Below are positions 1 to 13,207 of a stretch of DNA of 32,000 nt, one piece after another. This DNA comes from Deinococcus radiodurans R1 = ATCC 13939 = DSM 20539 (GTDB lineage Bacteria; Deinococcota; Deinococci; Deinococcales; Deinococcaceae), in contig NC_001263.1 in assembly GCF_000008565.1 (NCBI RefSeq), forward strand, positions 174,694-206,693. The letters are read 5' to 3'. The translations under genes and the position numbers were made by a program. Position 1 is the stretch's first letter. Every line of letters starts with the position of its first letter. The notes under the pieces are model-generated. The model did not search any database. It saw nothing but the letters and a program-made list of their open reading frames with translations, and had not been told where the DNA came from.

Positions 1-521
<521 letters not shown>

Positions 522-859
522 GGTGCGTGTCTCCTTTCCGCGCGGCCTGTGTTCGTAGGCGTAACCCGTTGGGCGGGGTGCGGACTGTGCCAAGCCGGCA
601 GTATAGCGGCAAAGCGCGTCCCGAACGGTGCTTTCTGTGGGCTTTGTGGGGAGCGGGGCGGCCCGGGTCCGCGCCCTTGCTCCCGCACCACTGTCTGCGC
701 CGCCCTTGCCCCAGGGGGGTCTGTCTGGTACCCTGACCTTTAGTGTCTCGCGCTTGGTAGGGCCGAGATGACCGGGTGGCTTTCCCGGACACGGACGTTT
801 CTCCCCCCAGAGGCGGGCCGTCGTCGCCAGCCAAATCCCCCCTTTTACGGAGTTTCAAG

Positions 860-1300
860 GTGAAAACCTACATCCCCAAAAACGACGAGCAGAACTGGGT
901 CGTGGTGGACGCCTCGGGCGTGCCCCTCGGCCGCCTCGCCACCCTGATCGCTTCGCGCATCCGTGGCAAGCACCGCCCCGACTTCACCCCCAACATGATC
1001 CAGGGTGACTTCGTGGTGGTCATCAACGCCGCGCAGGTGGCCCTGACCGGCAAGAAGTTGGACGACAAGGTCTATACCCGCTACACCGGCTACCAGGGTG
1101 GCCTCAAGACCGAAACCGCCCGCGAAGCGCTCAGCAAGCACCCCGAGCGCGTGATCGAGCACGCCGTGTTCGGCATGCTGCCCAAGGGCCGTCAGGGCCG
1201 TGCGATGCACACCCGCCTGAAGGTCTACGCGGGTGAAACCCACCCCCACAGCGCCCAGAAGCCGCAAGTTCTTAAGACGCAGCCGCTTGAGGTCAAATAA
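860..1300 (+). CDS. rplM: 50S ribosomal protein L13
   Basis: From GTG 860 the product starts [44 protein letters not shown], which is colinear with the L13 N-terminus. GGAG at 849..852 lies 7 nt upstream. The track ORF start at 776 adds 28 residues with no L13 counterpart. Confidence 0.92.
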   Translation: MKTYIPKNDEQNWVVVDASGVPLGRLATLIASRIRGKHRPDFTPNMIQGDFVVVINAAQVALTGKKLDDKVYTRYTGYQGGLKTETAREALSKHPERVIEHAVFGMLPKGRQGRAMHTRLKVYAGETHPHSAQKPQVLKTQPLEVK

Positions 1301-1302
1301 TC

Positions 1303-1704
<402 letters not shown>

Positions 1705-1727
1705 AGCACCCTGCTCAAGAGCCCCTT

Positions 1728-1748
1728 CCCCCGCGGAGGGGGTTTTTT
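1728..1748 (+). terminator. intrinsic terminator of rplM-rpsI
   Basis: CCCCC (1728..1732) - GCGGA loop - GGGGG (1738..1742) is followed by TTTTTT (1743..1748), about 24 nt after the rpsI stop. Confidence 0.7.
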
Positions 1749-1792
1749 GTGGTTGGAGGACGGGAAAGGCGGGACGCCTTAAACTGTCTTCC

Positions 1793-3217
1793 GTGCGCCG
1801 CTTCCTGCTTCTGAGCTTCCTGCTGCTGCCCGTGGCGGCGCAGTCGTCCACACCGGCACCGCCTGCTCAGGCCACTCAGCCCCAGCCTGCACCCGCGCCG
1901 AGCGTCACCCTGGAGCGCGAGCCGCTGCCGACGGGCGCCCTGGCCCACACCCTCGCTGAGGTGCCGCGCCCTGTCCGCACCGGGCTGCTGGTGCGTGACC
2001 TGAACACCGGCAAGGTGCTCGTCGCGCTCGACCCCGACCGGCCCCTGGTTCCCGCGAGCACCATGAAACTGGTCACGGCGGCGGCGGTGCTGTATGACCG
2101 GGGTGGCGCGGGCGGCTGGTGGAGCACCGAACTGACGGTCCCGGCCCCCGATACGGGCAAAGGACACGTCAGCGCCCTGACCCTGCGCGGCAGCGGCGAC
2201 CCCACCCTGAGCGTATCCGGCACCCCCAACAGCCTGCGGGCGCTCGCCGAGCAGGCGCACACGCGCGGTATCCGGGCGGTGGACGCCGTGCGAATAGACA
2301 CCCTGCCGCTCGACGCGACGAGTTTCGAGGCCACCGAACTCGGCCTCGCCATGCCTGCCGTGCGGCTGCGCGAGTGGGAAAACCGCCCGCCGACCTCGGC
2401 GGCAGAGGCCCGGCGCCGCCTGGGGGCCACCCTGATTGCCGAACTGCGCCGCGTAGGCATCACCGTGGCGCACGAGGAAGTCACCTCGGCCCCGGCCTAC
2501 CGGCCTTATGTTCCGCCGCCCCGTCAGGACGAGAAAGGTCGGCCCCTGCCGCCGGACCTGCTGATTCCGCTGAGTCAGCGCCCCGAGCAGGGAGTAGCGA
2601 GTGTCCGCAGCGGGTCGCCGTTTCCCTTTCTGGCGTCCACCCTGCGCCCCAGCGACAACCTGCGCGCCGAGGCGCTGCTCGCCACCGTCGCGGTGCGCCC
2701 CGGCGAGACCGGCACCCTGAAAAGTGCGCTGAAGCGCGAGCAGGCCATTTTGCAGCGCCTGGGCCTGGACCTGTCGGACGTGGTGCTGGAAGACGGCAGC
2801 GGGCTCGGGCGCGGCAACCGCCTGACGCCCCGGCTGCTGACCGGACTGCTGCGGGAGCTGTACACCCTGCCTTACCCCACCGCCGCGCAGTACGGGCGCG
2901 AGCTGCCGCCAGCGCTCTACCACGCCCGCCACAACGCCTTCGCCGAGCTGCTGCCCCAGGCCGGTACCGGGGAGGACGTGCCCGACCACGACGGACGCGG
3001 GGGCACCCTGGCCCGCCGCCTCGTCGGGACGGGGCTCGACGTGCGCGCCAAGACCGGGACCCTGCCCGGCGTGAGCGCGCTGGCGGGCTACCTGACGGCG
3101 AAAAGTGGGCGGCCCCTCGCCTTCGCCGTGCTAATGAACGGACCAGAAGACAGCCCCATCTTGACGCTGCGGGCGCTGCAAGACCAGGCGGTGCGCGACA
3201 TCGCCGCTGCGTTTTGA
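1793..3217 (+). CDS. dacB: D-alanyl-D-alanine carboxypeptidase/endopeptidase, PBP4 (peptidase S13) family, secreted
   Basis: There is a signal peptide [18 protein letters not shown]. Three motifs are present: SxxK ([13 protein letters not shown]), SxN (RPSDNLRAE) and KTG ([17 protein letters not shown]). This is the PBP4-type domain order. Confidence 0.85.
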   Translation: MRRFLLLSFLLLPVAAQSSTPAPPAQATQPQPAPAPSVTLEREPLPTGALAHTLAEVPRPVRTGLLVRDLNTGKVLVALDPDRPLVPASTMKLVTAAAVLYDRGGAGGWWSTELTVPAPDTGKGHVSALTLRGSGDPTLSVSGTPNSLRALAEQAHTRGIRAVDAVRIDTLPLDATSFEATELGLAMPAVRLREWENRPPTSAAEARRRLGATLIAELRRVGITVAHEEVTSAPAYRPYVPPPRQDEKGRPLPPDLLIPLSQRPEQGVASVRSGSPFPFLASTLRPSDNLRAEALLATVAVRPGETGTLKSALKREQAILQRLGLDLSDVVLEDGSGLGRGNRLTPRLLTGLLRELYTLPYPTAAQYGRELPPALYHARHNAFAELLPQAGTGEDVPDHDGRGGTLARRLVGTGLDVRAKTGTLPGVSALAGYLTAKSGRPLAFAVLMNGPEDSPILTLRALQDQAVRDIAAAF

Positions 3218-3250
3218 GATGAATTGTGATTGACGATGGAGGGGCGCAAG

Positions 3251-3270
3251 CTCGTGACTTCAGTCATGAG
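3251..3270 (+). repeat. left-end subterminal hairpin (TnpA recognition structure)
   Basis: CTCGTGAC-TTCA-GTCATGAG: an 8-bp stem with one G:T pair and a TTCA loop. It matches the right-end hairpin in design. Confidence 0.8.
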
Positions 3271-3354
3271 TGAGCCCCCCTCGCCCCGAAAGGGGCGACG
3301 TAGAGCGGAAGCTCTTGTGTTTCCGGCTCAACATATGTCATCTTCCTGTTAGAG

Positions 3355-3750
3355 ATGAAGAAGGGTCGCGGGTACGTCTACAAGCTGGAATACCACCTCA
3401 TCTGGGCGACGAAGTATCGCCATCAGGTGTTAGTGGACGAGGTTGCAGATGGACTGAAAGACATCCTGCGGGACATCGCCACCCAGAACGGACTGGAGCT
3501 TGTCGCGCTGGAGGTCATGCCTGACTACGTTCACCTCCTGCTGGGAGCCACGCCGCAGCATGTCATTCCCGACTTTGTGAAGGCGTTGAAGGGGGCATCC
3601 GCCCGTCGTATGTTCTCCGCTTTTCCGCACCTGAAGCAGCCCCACTGGGGCGGCAATCTCTGGAATCCGTCCTACTGCGTCCTGACTGTCTCGGAGCACA
3701 CCCGCGCCCAGATTCAGCAGTACATCGAGAATCAGCATGCTGCGGAATAA
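3355..3750 (+). CDS. tnpA: IS200/IS605 Y1 (HUH-type) single-strand DNA transposase TnpA
   Basis: 131 codons with [18 protein letters not shown] near the N-terminus. MPD-Y-V-H-LLL sits at the HUH position. The C-terminal catalytic helix QQYIENQ (Y123, Q127) is present. No in-frame ATG/GTG/TTG lies upstream before the TAG at 3301..3303. Confidence 0.93.
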   Translation: MKKGRGYVYKLEYHLIWATKYRHQVLVDEVADGLKDILRDIATQNGLELVALEVMPDYVHLLLGATPQHVIPDFVKALKGASARRMFSAFPHLKQPHWGGNLWNPSYCVLTVSEHTRAQIQQYIENQHAAE

Positions 3751-4966
3751 GGCGTTCGTCGTCCGGCTGTATCCGAACGCGGCTCAGGCCGAGCGGATCA
3801 ACCGCACCCTGGGATGCGCCCGGTTCGTCTACAACCACTTCCTCGCCCGCCGCATCGAGAGCTACCGACAGGACGGCAAGGGGATGATCTACGCCGCCAC
3901 CGACAAGGCGCTGACCCTGCTCAAGCGGGAAGAAGGCACCGCGTGGCTGGCCGAGGTGGACAAGTTCGCGCTTCAGCAGTCCCTGCGCGACCTGGAAAGG
4001 GCGTACCAGAACTTCTTCCGCACCGCGAAGAAGTCCGGCAAGAAGGTGGGGTTCCCGAAGTTCAAGAAGAAGCGCACGGGTGAGGCGTACCGCACCCAGT
4101 TCACCAACAACAACATCGAGATTGGAGAAGGGAAGCTCAAGCTTCCCAAGCTGGGCTGGGTCAAGACCAGGGGCCAGCGGGACATGCAGGGGAAAATCCT
4201 GAACGTCACGGTGCGTCGCATCCATGAAGGCCACTACGAAGCGTCTGTCCTGTGCGAAGTCGAGATTCCCTATCTGCCTGCGGCCCCCAAGTTCGCGGCG
4301 GGCGTGGATGTCGGCATCAAGGACTTTGCCATCGTGACCGATGGCAAGGGGGAGTTTGAACATCATGCGAATCCGAAATACTACCGTTCCAGCCTGAGAA
4401 GGCTCCGTAAAGCTCAGAAAACCCTGTCCAGACGCAAGAAGGGCAGCGCACGTTACGGGAGGGCAAAAACCACGCTCGCTCGGATACACAAGCGCGTCGC
4501 CAACAAGCGGCAGGACTTCATTCATAAGCTCACCACCTCGCTGGTGCGGGAATACGAAATCACCTGCACCGAACATCTTAAGCCCGACAACATGCGGAAA
4601 AACCGCAGGCTGGCACTGAGCGTCAGTGACGCGGGTTGGGGCGAATTCATCCGGCAGTTGGAGTACAAGGCGACGTGGTACGGACGGCTGGTGTCCAAAA
4701 TCAGCCCCTACTTCCCGTCGAGCCAGATATGCCACGACTGCGGGTTCAAGAATCCCGCCGTGAAGAATCTTGCCGTCCGCGAGTGGACTTGCCCGAACTG
4801 CGGCGAGACCCATGACCGCGACGAGAACGCCGCACTGAACATCCGGCGTGAAGGACTGGTGGCCGCTGGAATGTCGGACACCCAAAACGCTCATGGAGAC
4901 TGCATCAGACCCACTTCGGTGGGCAGCGGTCTGCGAAGTGAGAATCACGCGACTTCAGTCGTGTGA
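3737..4966 (+). CDS. tnpB: TnpB (OrfB/IS1341-type) RuvC-like, RNA-guided DNA endonuclease of the IS
   Basis: 409 codons. RuvC motif I is GVDVGIKDF (D191), motif II is CTEHLKPDN (E279) and motif III is [11 protein letters not shown] (D362). A zinc finger CHDC...CPNC (C332/C335/C352/C355) lies between motifs II and III. The start overlaps the tnpA 3' end by 14 nt. The N-terminus [17 protein letters not shown] is typical of the family. Confidence 0.95.
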   Translation: MLRNKAFVVRLYPNAAQAERINRTLGCARFVYNHFLARRIESYRQDGKGMIYAATDKALTLLKREEGTAWLAEVDKFALQQSLRDLERAYQNFFRTAKKSGKKVGFPKFKKKRTGEAYRTQFTNNNIEIGEGKLKLPKLGWVKTRGQRDMQGKILNVTVRRIHEGHYEASVLCEVEIPYLPAAPKFAAGVDVGIKDFAIVTDGKGEFEHHANPKYYRSSLRRLRKAQKTLSRRKKGSARYGRAKTTLARIHKRVANKRQDFIHKLTTSLVREYEITCTEHLKPDNMRKNRRLALSVSDAGWGEFIRQLEYKATWYGRLVSKISPYFPSSQICHDCGFKNPAVKNLAVREWTCPNCGETHDRDENAALNIRREGLVAAGMSDTQNAHGDCIRPTSVGSGLRSENHATSVV

Positions 4967-4990
4967 GGTTCAACTACACTGTCGGGCGAG
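4840..4990 (+). ncRNA. predicted TnpB guide RNA (omega-RNA / right-end RNA): scaffold from the tnpB 3' end plus RE, with a 16-nt guide from flanking DNA
   Basis: There is dense + strand secondary structure: CCGGCG/CGCTGG (4843..4848 / 4864..4869), and CCCAC-UUCG-GUGGG (4910..4923) extended by CAGA/UCUG (4906..4909 / 4930..4933). The 9-bp RE hairpin at 4945..4966 includes the tnpB stop codon. The element ends TTCAA(C), followed by TACACTGTCGGGCGAG (4975..4990). The 5' boundary is a guess based on the published size of ISDra2 omega-RNA. No expression data are available. Confidence 0.6.
4946..4965 (+). repeat. right-end subterminal hairpin (TnpA recognition structure, also the 3' stem of the omega-RNA scaffold)
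   Basis: CACGCGAC-TTCA-GTCGTGTG: an 8-bp stem with one G:T pair and the same TTCA loop as the left end. It extends to 9 bp with T4945:A4966. Confidence 0.8.
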
Positions 4991-5593
4991 ATGCAACAGC
5001 AGACAGGCGGGCGGAGGCGGCAGATCAGGCGCGTGGTCGTGGCGACGAGCAATGCGGGCAAGGTGCGTGAGCTGCAGGGTGCCCTCGCGCCGCTGGGCTG
5101 GCAGTGCGAGGGCCTGGGCGCGGTCACGCTGCCCGAGGAGACCGGCAGCACCTACGAGGAAAACGCGGCCCTCAAGGCCTGCGCCGCTGCGATGGCGACT
5201 GGCCTGCCCGCGCTCGCCGACGACTCGGGCATCGAAGTGCTCGCGCTCGGCGGGCAGCCGGGGGTGTACTCGGCCCGCTTCGGCAACGTGAATAGCGATG
5301 TGGAGCGCAATGTGCTGCTGCTGGAAAAGATGCGCCGGCACACCGACCGCCGCGCCAAGTTTGTGTCGGTGCTGGTCCTCGCCTATCCCGACGGCAAGCT
5401 GGAGGAGTACCGGGGCGAGGTGACGGGGCAACTGCTCGAAGGCCCGCGTGGCGAGAGCGGCTTTGGCTACGACCCCCTGTTTCTGCCCGACGGCTCCGAG
5501 CTGAGCATGGGCGAGATGACGCTGGAGCAGAAGCAGGCCATCAGCCACCGGGGCCAGGCGCTCGCGGCGCTGCTGGCCGCCCACGGTGCGTGA
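4991..5593 (+). CDS. rdgB: dITP/XTP pyrophosphatase (non-canonical purine NTP pyrophosphatase, Ham1/RdgB family)
   Basis: Motifs present: VVVATSNAGKVRELQ, EETGSTYEENAALKA, ADDSGIEVLALGGQPGVYSARF, FGYDPLF and KQAISHRGQA. Confidence 0.9.
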   Translation: MQQQTGGRRRQIRRVVVATSNAGKVRELQGALAPLGWQCEGLGAVTLPEETGSTYEENAALKACAAAMATGLPALADDSGIEVLALGGQPGVYSARFGNVNSDVERNVLLLEKMRRHTDRRAKFVSVLVLAYPDGKLEEYRGEVTGQLLEGPRGESGFGYDPLFLPDGSELSMGEMTLEQKQAISHRGQALAALLAAHGA

Positions 5594-6275
5594 AGGTCAC
5601 TGTGCCGGACGCGCTGTCAGCTACCATGGACCGACTGTGACCCTCCCGCCCGACCCGCCTGTACCCGACCCAGCCGCGCCTGACCCGTCTCCGGCGGACC
5701 TGCCCGCCCCCGCCGACCTGCTGACGGAGGACGCCCACGCCCAGCTCCTCACGGGCGACGAGGCCGCCTGGCACCGGTTTATCAGCGAGTACGAGGGCCG
5801 CATCTACGGCTACCTCTACCGCCTGGAGGGCAACAGCGAGGACGCCCTGGACCTGACCCAGGAAGTCTTTTACCGGGCGTGGCGCTCCATTCGGACTTTT
5901 CGCCCCGGCGAGAGGGTGCTGCCCTGGCTGTATCAGGTGGCCCGCAACACCCAGATCGAGTCGCACCGCCGCAAGCAGCACGCCCGCTTCAGCCTGGAAG
6001 AAGCCCACGAGGACATCGGCTTTGAGGTGACCAGCGAGGCCCGCTCCCCGGTGCAGGCCGCCGAGAGCGAGCAGGCCCAGGACCGCGTGCAGCGGGCGCT
6101 GATGCGGCTCGCCCCCGAGTACCGCGAGGCGGTGGTGCTGCGCTTCGTGGAAGACCTGACCTACGACGAAATTGCCCGCCTTCAGGGCGTCGCCACCGGC
6201 ACCGCCAAGAGCCGCGTCTTCCGCGCCAAAGAGCAACTCGCTGAGCTGCTGGCCGACGTGTCGGACGTGCATTGA
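5586..6275 (+). CDS. ECF-type RNA polymerase sigma factor (sigma-70 family, regions 2 and 4)
   Basis: Region 2 reads EDALDLTQEVFYRAWRSIRTFRPGERVLPWLYQVARN. Region 4 HTH reads EYREAVVLRFVEDLTYDEIARLQGVATGTAKSRVFRAKEQL. There is a Pro-rich N-terminal extension. The start is uncertain: GTG 5586 overlaps the rdgB end by 8 nt, and in-frame GTG 5637 is an alternative. Confidence 0.85.
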   Translation: MREGHCAGRAVSYHGPTVTLPPDPPVPDPAAPDPSPADLPAPADLLTEDAHAQLLTGDEAAWHRFISEYEGRIYGYLYRLEGNSEDALDLTQEVFYRAWRSIRTFRPGERVLPWLYQVARNTQIESHRRKQHARFSLEEAHEDIGFEVTSEARSPVQAAESEQAQDRVQRALMRLAPEYREAVVLRFVEDLTYDEIARLQGVATGTAKSRVFRAKEQLAELLADVSDVH

Positions 6276-6466
6276 GAGGGCTGAGGGGAGAAGAAAGCCT
6301 CCACCGAAAGTTGGTTTCCAGACGCTGATGACGGTTCCAGAATGAGAGTGTGCCTTGTTTCCACCGCTTCTGGCTGACCACGCTGCTGCCGCTGGCCGCC
6401 GCCTTGCCCCTTCTAATGAATGTGACCTGACATCAGCGCGTTTCTGGTCTGCCTCTCGGTGAAGAC

Positions 6467-6781
6467 GTGCAGCAGGCGAACGGCTTTCCCTGGCCAGCAC
6501 TCACCGATTCGCTCATCAGCAGCACGACGCCGCACATTTTTGTCCTGCCGCTGCTGCTGAATTGGGCCTTTGCACTGCTGTGGCTGACCGCCGCCGGGCG
6601 CTGGCTGTGGCCCCGCCTGAAGCCCGATAAGCTGAAGCTCTTGTACTGCCTGACCTGGCTTTTGCTGCTGCCGACGCTGCTGATGAACGGGGTCACTTTT
6701 GGACTGGCACGCTGGAGTTGGGTTTCACCCTTGCCAGTGTTGGAAACGGTGGGGGTGCGGCTCCACTTCGGGTTCTGGTAA
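6467..6781 (+). CDS. hypothetical small membrane protein (Trp-rich, about 3 hydrophobic segments)
   Basis: GTG-initiated 104-codon ORF with mostly G/C third positions. It has hydrophobic stretches ([45 protein letters not shown]) and about nine Trp. No recognisable family motif was found, and the region is lower in G+C than its neighbours. Confidence 0.4.
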   Translation: MQQANGFPWPALTDSLISSTTPHIFVLPLLLNWAFALLWLTAAGRWLWPRLKPDKLKLLYCLTWLLLLPTLLMNGVTFGLARWSWVSPLPVLETVGVRLHFGFW

Positions 6782-6786
6782 AGAGA

Positions 6787-6817
6787 AAGGGCAGAGAGCA
6801 CCCGGCCCCCTGCCCTT
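6787..6817. terminator. hairpin between convergent genes; probable gltBD terminator
   Basis: AAGGGCAG (6787..6794) and CTGCCCTT (6810..6817) form a perfect 8-bp stem with a 15-nt loop. On the minus strand it is followed by TCTCTTTAC (U-rich), 16 nt after the gltD stop. Confidence 0.5.
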
Positions 6818-6832
6818 CGCCCACTCCTTGCC

Positions 6833-8299
6833 TCAGCGCGGGAGTACGCTCTCGCCCATCAGGAACTGGTCCACCGCCCGCGCCGCTTGCCGACCCTCGC
6901 GGATGGCCCACACGACGAGGCTCTGCCCGCGCCGCATGTCGCCCGCCGCGAAGACGCCGGGAACGCTGGTCAGGTAGCCGCCGTGCTCCTCGGTGCCCGC
7001 CAGCACGTTGCCGCGCGGGTCTTTGTCCACGCCAAACGCGTCGAGCACGCTCTGCATCGGGTTGGTAAAGCCCATCGCCAGCAGCACCAGGTCAGCCTTG
7101 TGGGTTTCCTCGGAGCCGGGGATTTCCTCCAGCTTGCCGTCCTTCATTTCCACCCGCACGGTCCTCACGCCCGTGACCTTGCCGCCCTTGCCGATAAATT
7201 CCTTGGTGGCGATGGCGAACTCGCGCACGGCGCCTTCCTCGTGGCTGGTGCTGGTGCGGAGTTTCATCGGCCAGTAGGGCCACGTGAGTGGCTTGTTTTC
7301 CTGCTCGGGAGGCTGCGGCATCACTTCGAACTGCGTGACGCCCGCCGCGCCGTGGCGGTTGCTGGTGCCCACGCAGTCGCTGCCGGTGTCGCCGCCGCCG
7401 ATGACGACCACGTGCTTGCCGTCGGCGCGAATCTGGCCCTTGAACTTGTCGCCCGCGTTCACCCGGTTTTGCTGCGGCAGGAACTCCATCGCGTAGTGGA
7501 TGCCGTTCAGCTCACGGCCCGGTGCCGGCAGGTCACGCGGCGTTTCGCTGCCGCCCGCGAGGACCACCGCGTCGAACTGTTCGCGCAGCTCGGCGGGCGT
7601 CACGCGCTCTTTGCTGAGGTTGGTGATCTTGCTGTTCTCGTCCCAGTCGCCCACCAGGACGCCGGTGCGGAAGGTGACGCCCTCGGCCTGCATCTGCTCT
7701 ATGCGGCGGTCGATGTGCGACTTGTCGAGCTTGAAGTCGGGAATGCCGTAACGCACCAGCCCGCCCACTCGGTCGTTCTTCTCGAACACCGTCACGTCGT
7801 GCCCGGCGCGGGCGAGTTGCTGCGCGGCGGCCAGCCCAGCAGGGCCGGAGCCCACCACGGCGACTTTCTTGCCGGTCTTGACTTCGGCGGGCGTAGGTCT
7901 AACCCAGCCTTCCTGCCAGCCGCGCTCGATAATGGCGAGTTCGATGGACTTGATGCCCACCGGGTCCTCGCTGATGTTCAGCGTGCAGGCGGCCTCGCAC
8001 GGGGCGGGGCAGATACGCCCGGTGAACTCGGGGAAGTTGTTGGTGGCGTGCAGCACGTCGAGCGCCGCTTTCCAGTCGTCCTCGAACACCAGGTTGTTGA
8101 AGTCGGGGATGATGTTGTTGACCGGGCAGCCGTTGTTACAGAACGGAATCCCGCAGTCCATACAGCGCGTCGCTTGCAGGCGGGCCGAGGCCGAATCGAG
8201 CGGCAGCATGAATTCGTGGTAGTGCTTGAGCCGGGCGTCAATCGGCGCGTACTGCTCCTTGACGCGGGGTTGTTCTAGAAAGCCGGTGATTTTGGACAT
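6833..8299 (-). CDS. gltD: glutamate synthase (NADPH) small subunit
   Basis: Starts [30 protein letters not shown]. It has the Fe-S Cys cluster [23 protein letters not shown] and two dinucleotide folds ([14 protein letters not shown]; [13 protein letters not shown]). Confidence 0.95.
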   Translation of the reverse strand: MSKITGFLEQPRVKEQYAPIDARLKHYHEFMLPLDSASARLQATRCMDCGIPFCNNGCPVNNIIPDFNNLVFEDDWKAALDVLHATNNFPEFTGRICPAPCEAACTLNISEDPVGIKSIELAIIERGWQEGWVRPTPAEVKTGKKVAVVGSGPAGLAAAQQLARAGHDVTVFEKNDRVGGLVRYGIPDFKLDKSHIDRRIEQMQAEGVTFRTGVLVGDWDENSKITNLSKERVTPAELREQFDAVVLAGGSETPRDLPAPGRELNGIHYAMEFLPQQNRVNAGDKFKGQIRADGKHVVVIGGGDTGSDCVGTSNRHGAAGVTQFEVMPQPPEQENKPLTWPYWPMKLRTSTSHEEGAVREFAIATKEFIGKGGKVTGVRTVRVEMKDGKLEEIPGSEETHKADLVLLAMGFTNPMQSVLDAFGVDKDPRGNVLAGTEEHGGYLTSVPGVFAAGDMRRGQSLVVWAIREGRQAARAVDQFLMGESVLPR

Positions 8300-8310
8300 G
8301 GGTGTCTCCG

Positions 8311-8380
8311 TTGGAGAGGGCTTTTCTGACCCTCTACCGGGGGGAGAGGGTCGTCGCGCAGCGACAGGAGTGAGGGGTCT
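8311..8380. repeat. small non-coding repeat, copy A (internal modules only), in the gltB-gltD intercistronic spacer
   Basis: Modules are GGAGAGGG (8313..8320), then TGACCCTCTACC-GGGG-GGAGAGGGTC, in which GACCCTC (8328..8334) pairs with GAGGGTC (8346..8352). Next are the GTCGC-GCA-GCGAC hairpin (8353..8365) and GTGAGGGGTCT (8370..8380). The same modules recur at 14258.., 16116.. and 26706... Confidence 0.8.
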
Positions 8381-8386
8381 TTGGCC

Positions 8387-13207
<4,821 letters not shown>

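Larger units (their letters stand above)
3238..4974 (+). mobile_element. ISDra2-like insertion sequence (IS200/IS605 family, tnpA + tnpB)
   Basis: There are no terminal inverted repeats. Instead there are two subterminal imperfect hairpins of the same design (3251..3270 and 4946..4965), as expected for single-strand peel-and-paste elements. A Y1 transposase ORF and a TnpB ORF overlap by 14 nt. G+C is visibly lower than in the flanks. The right end is taken as ...GGTTCAA(C) at 4973/4974. The left end is uncertain (anywhere in 3218..3239); 3238 is chosen from my unverified recollection that ISDra2 is about 1.74 kb. Confidence 0.85.

Noticed and set aside
776-859. Longer rplM start (GVG-type 174-codon ORF beginning at 776).
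   Set aside because: The extra 28 residues have no counterpart in L13. GTG 860 gives MKTYIPK.. colinear with the L13 N-terminus and has GGAG 7 nt upstream.
522-859. 338-nt divergent prfB/rplM spacer with a GC-rich imperfect hairpin (about 646..700) and a TATACT box (605..600, minus strand). It was considered as a ribosomal-protein leader or tRNA.
   Set aside because: There are no tRNA T-loop or anticodon-arm features and no recognisable leader motif. Promoter assignment is too weak to report as a feature.
3270-3524. 84-codon ORF (MSPPRPERGDVERK...) overlapping the IS left end and tnpA, and the 147-codon ORF 4848..5291 spanning the IS right end and rdgB.
   Set aside because: Both run out of frame across well-supported genes and across the IS boundary. 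Their composition is Arg/Gly/Pro-rich shadow type.
6350-6430. 26-codon GTG ORF (PCFHRFWLTTLLPLAAALPLLMNVT) and other mini-ORFs between the sigma gene and the 104-codon ORF, considered as a micro anti-sigma or leader peptide.
   Set aside because: It is too short, has no SD, lies in a low-GC region and has no supporting motif. It cannot be supported from sequence alone.
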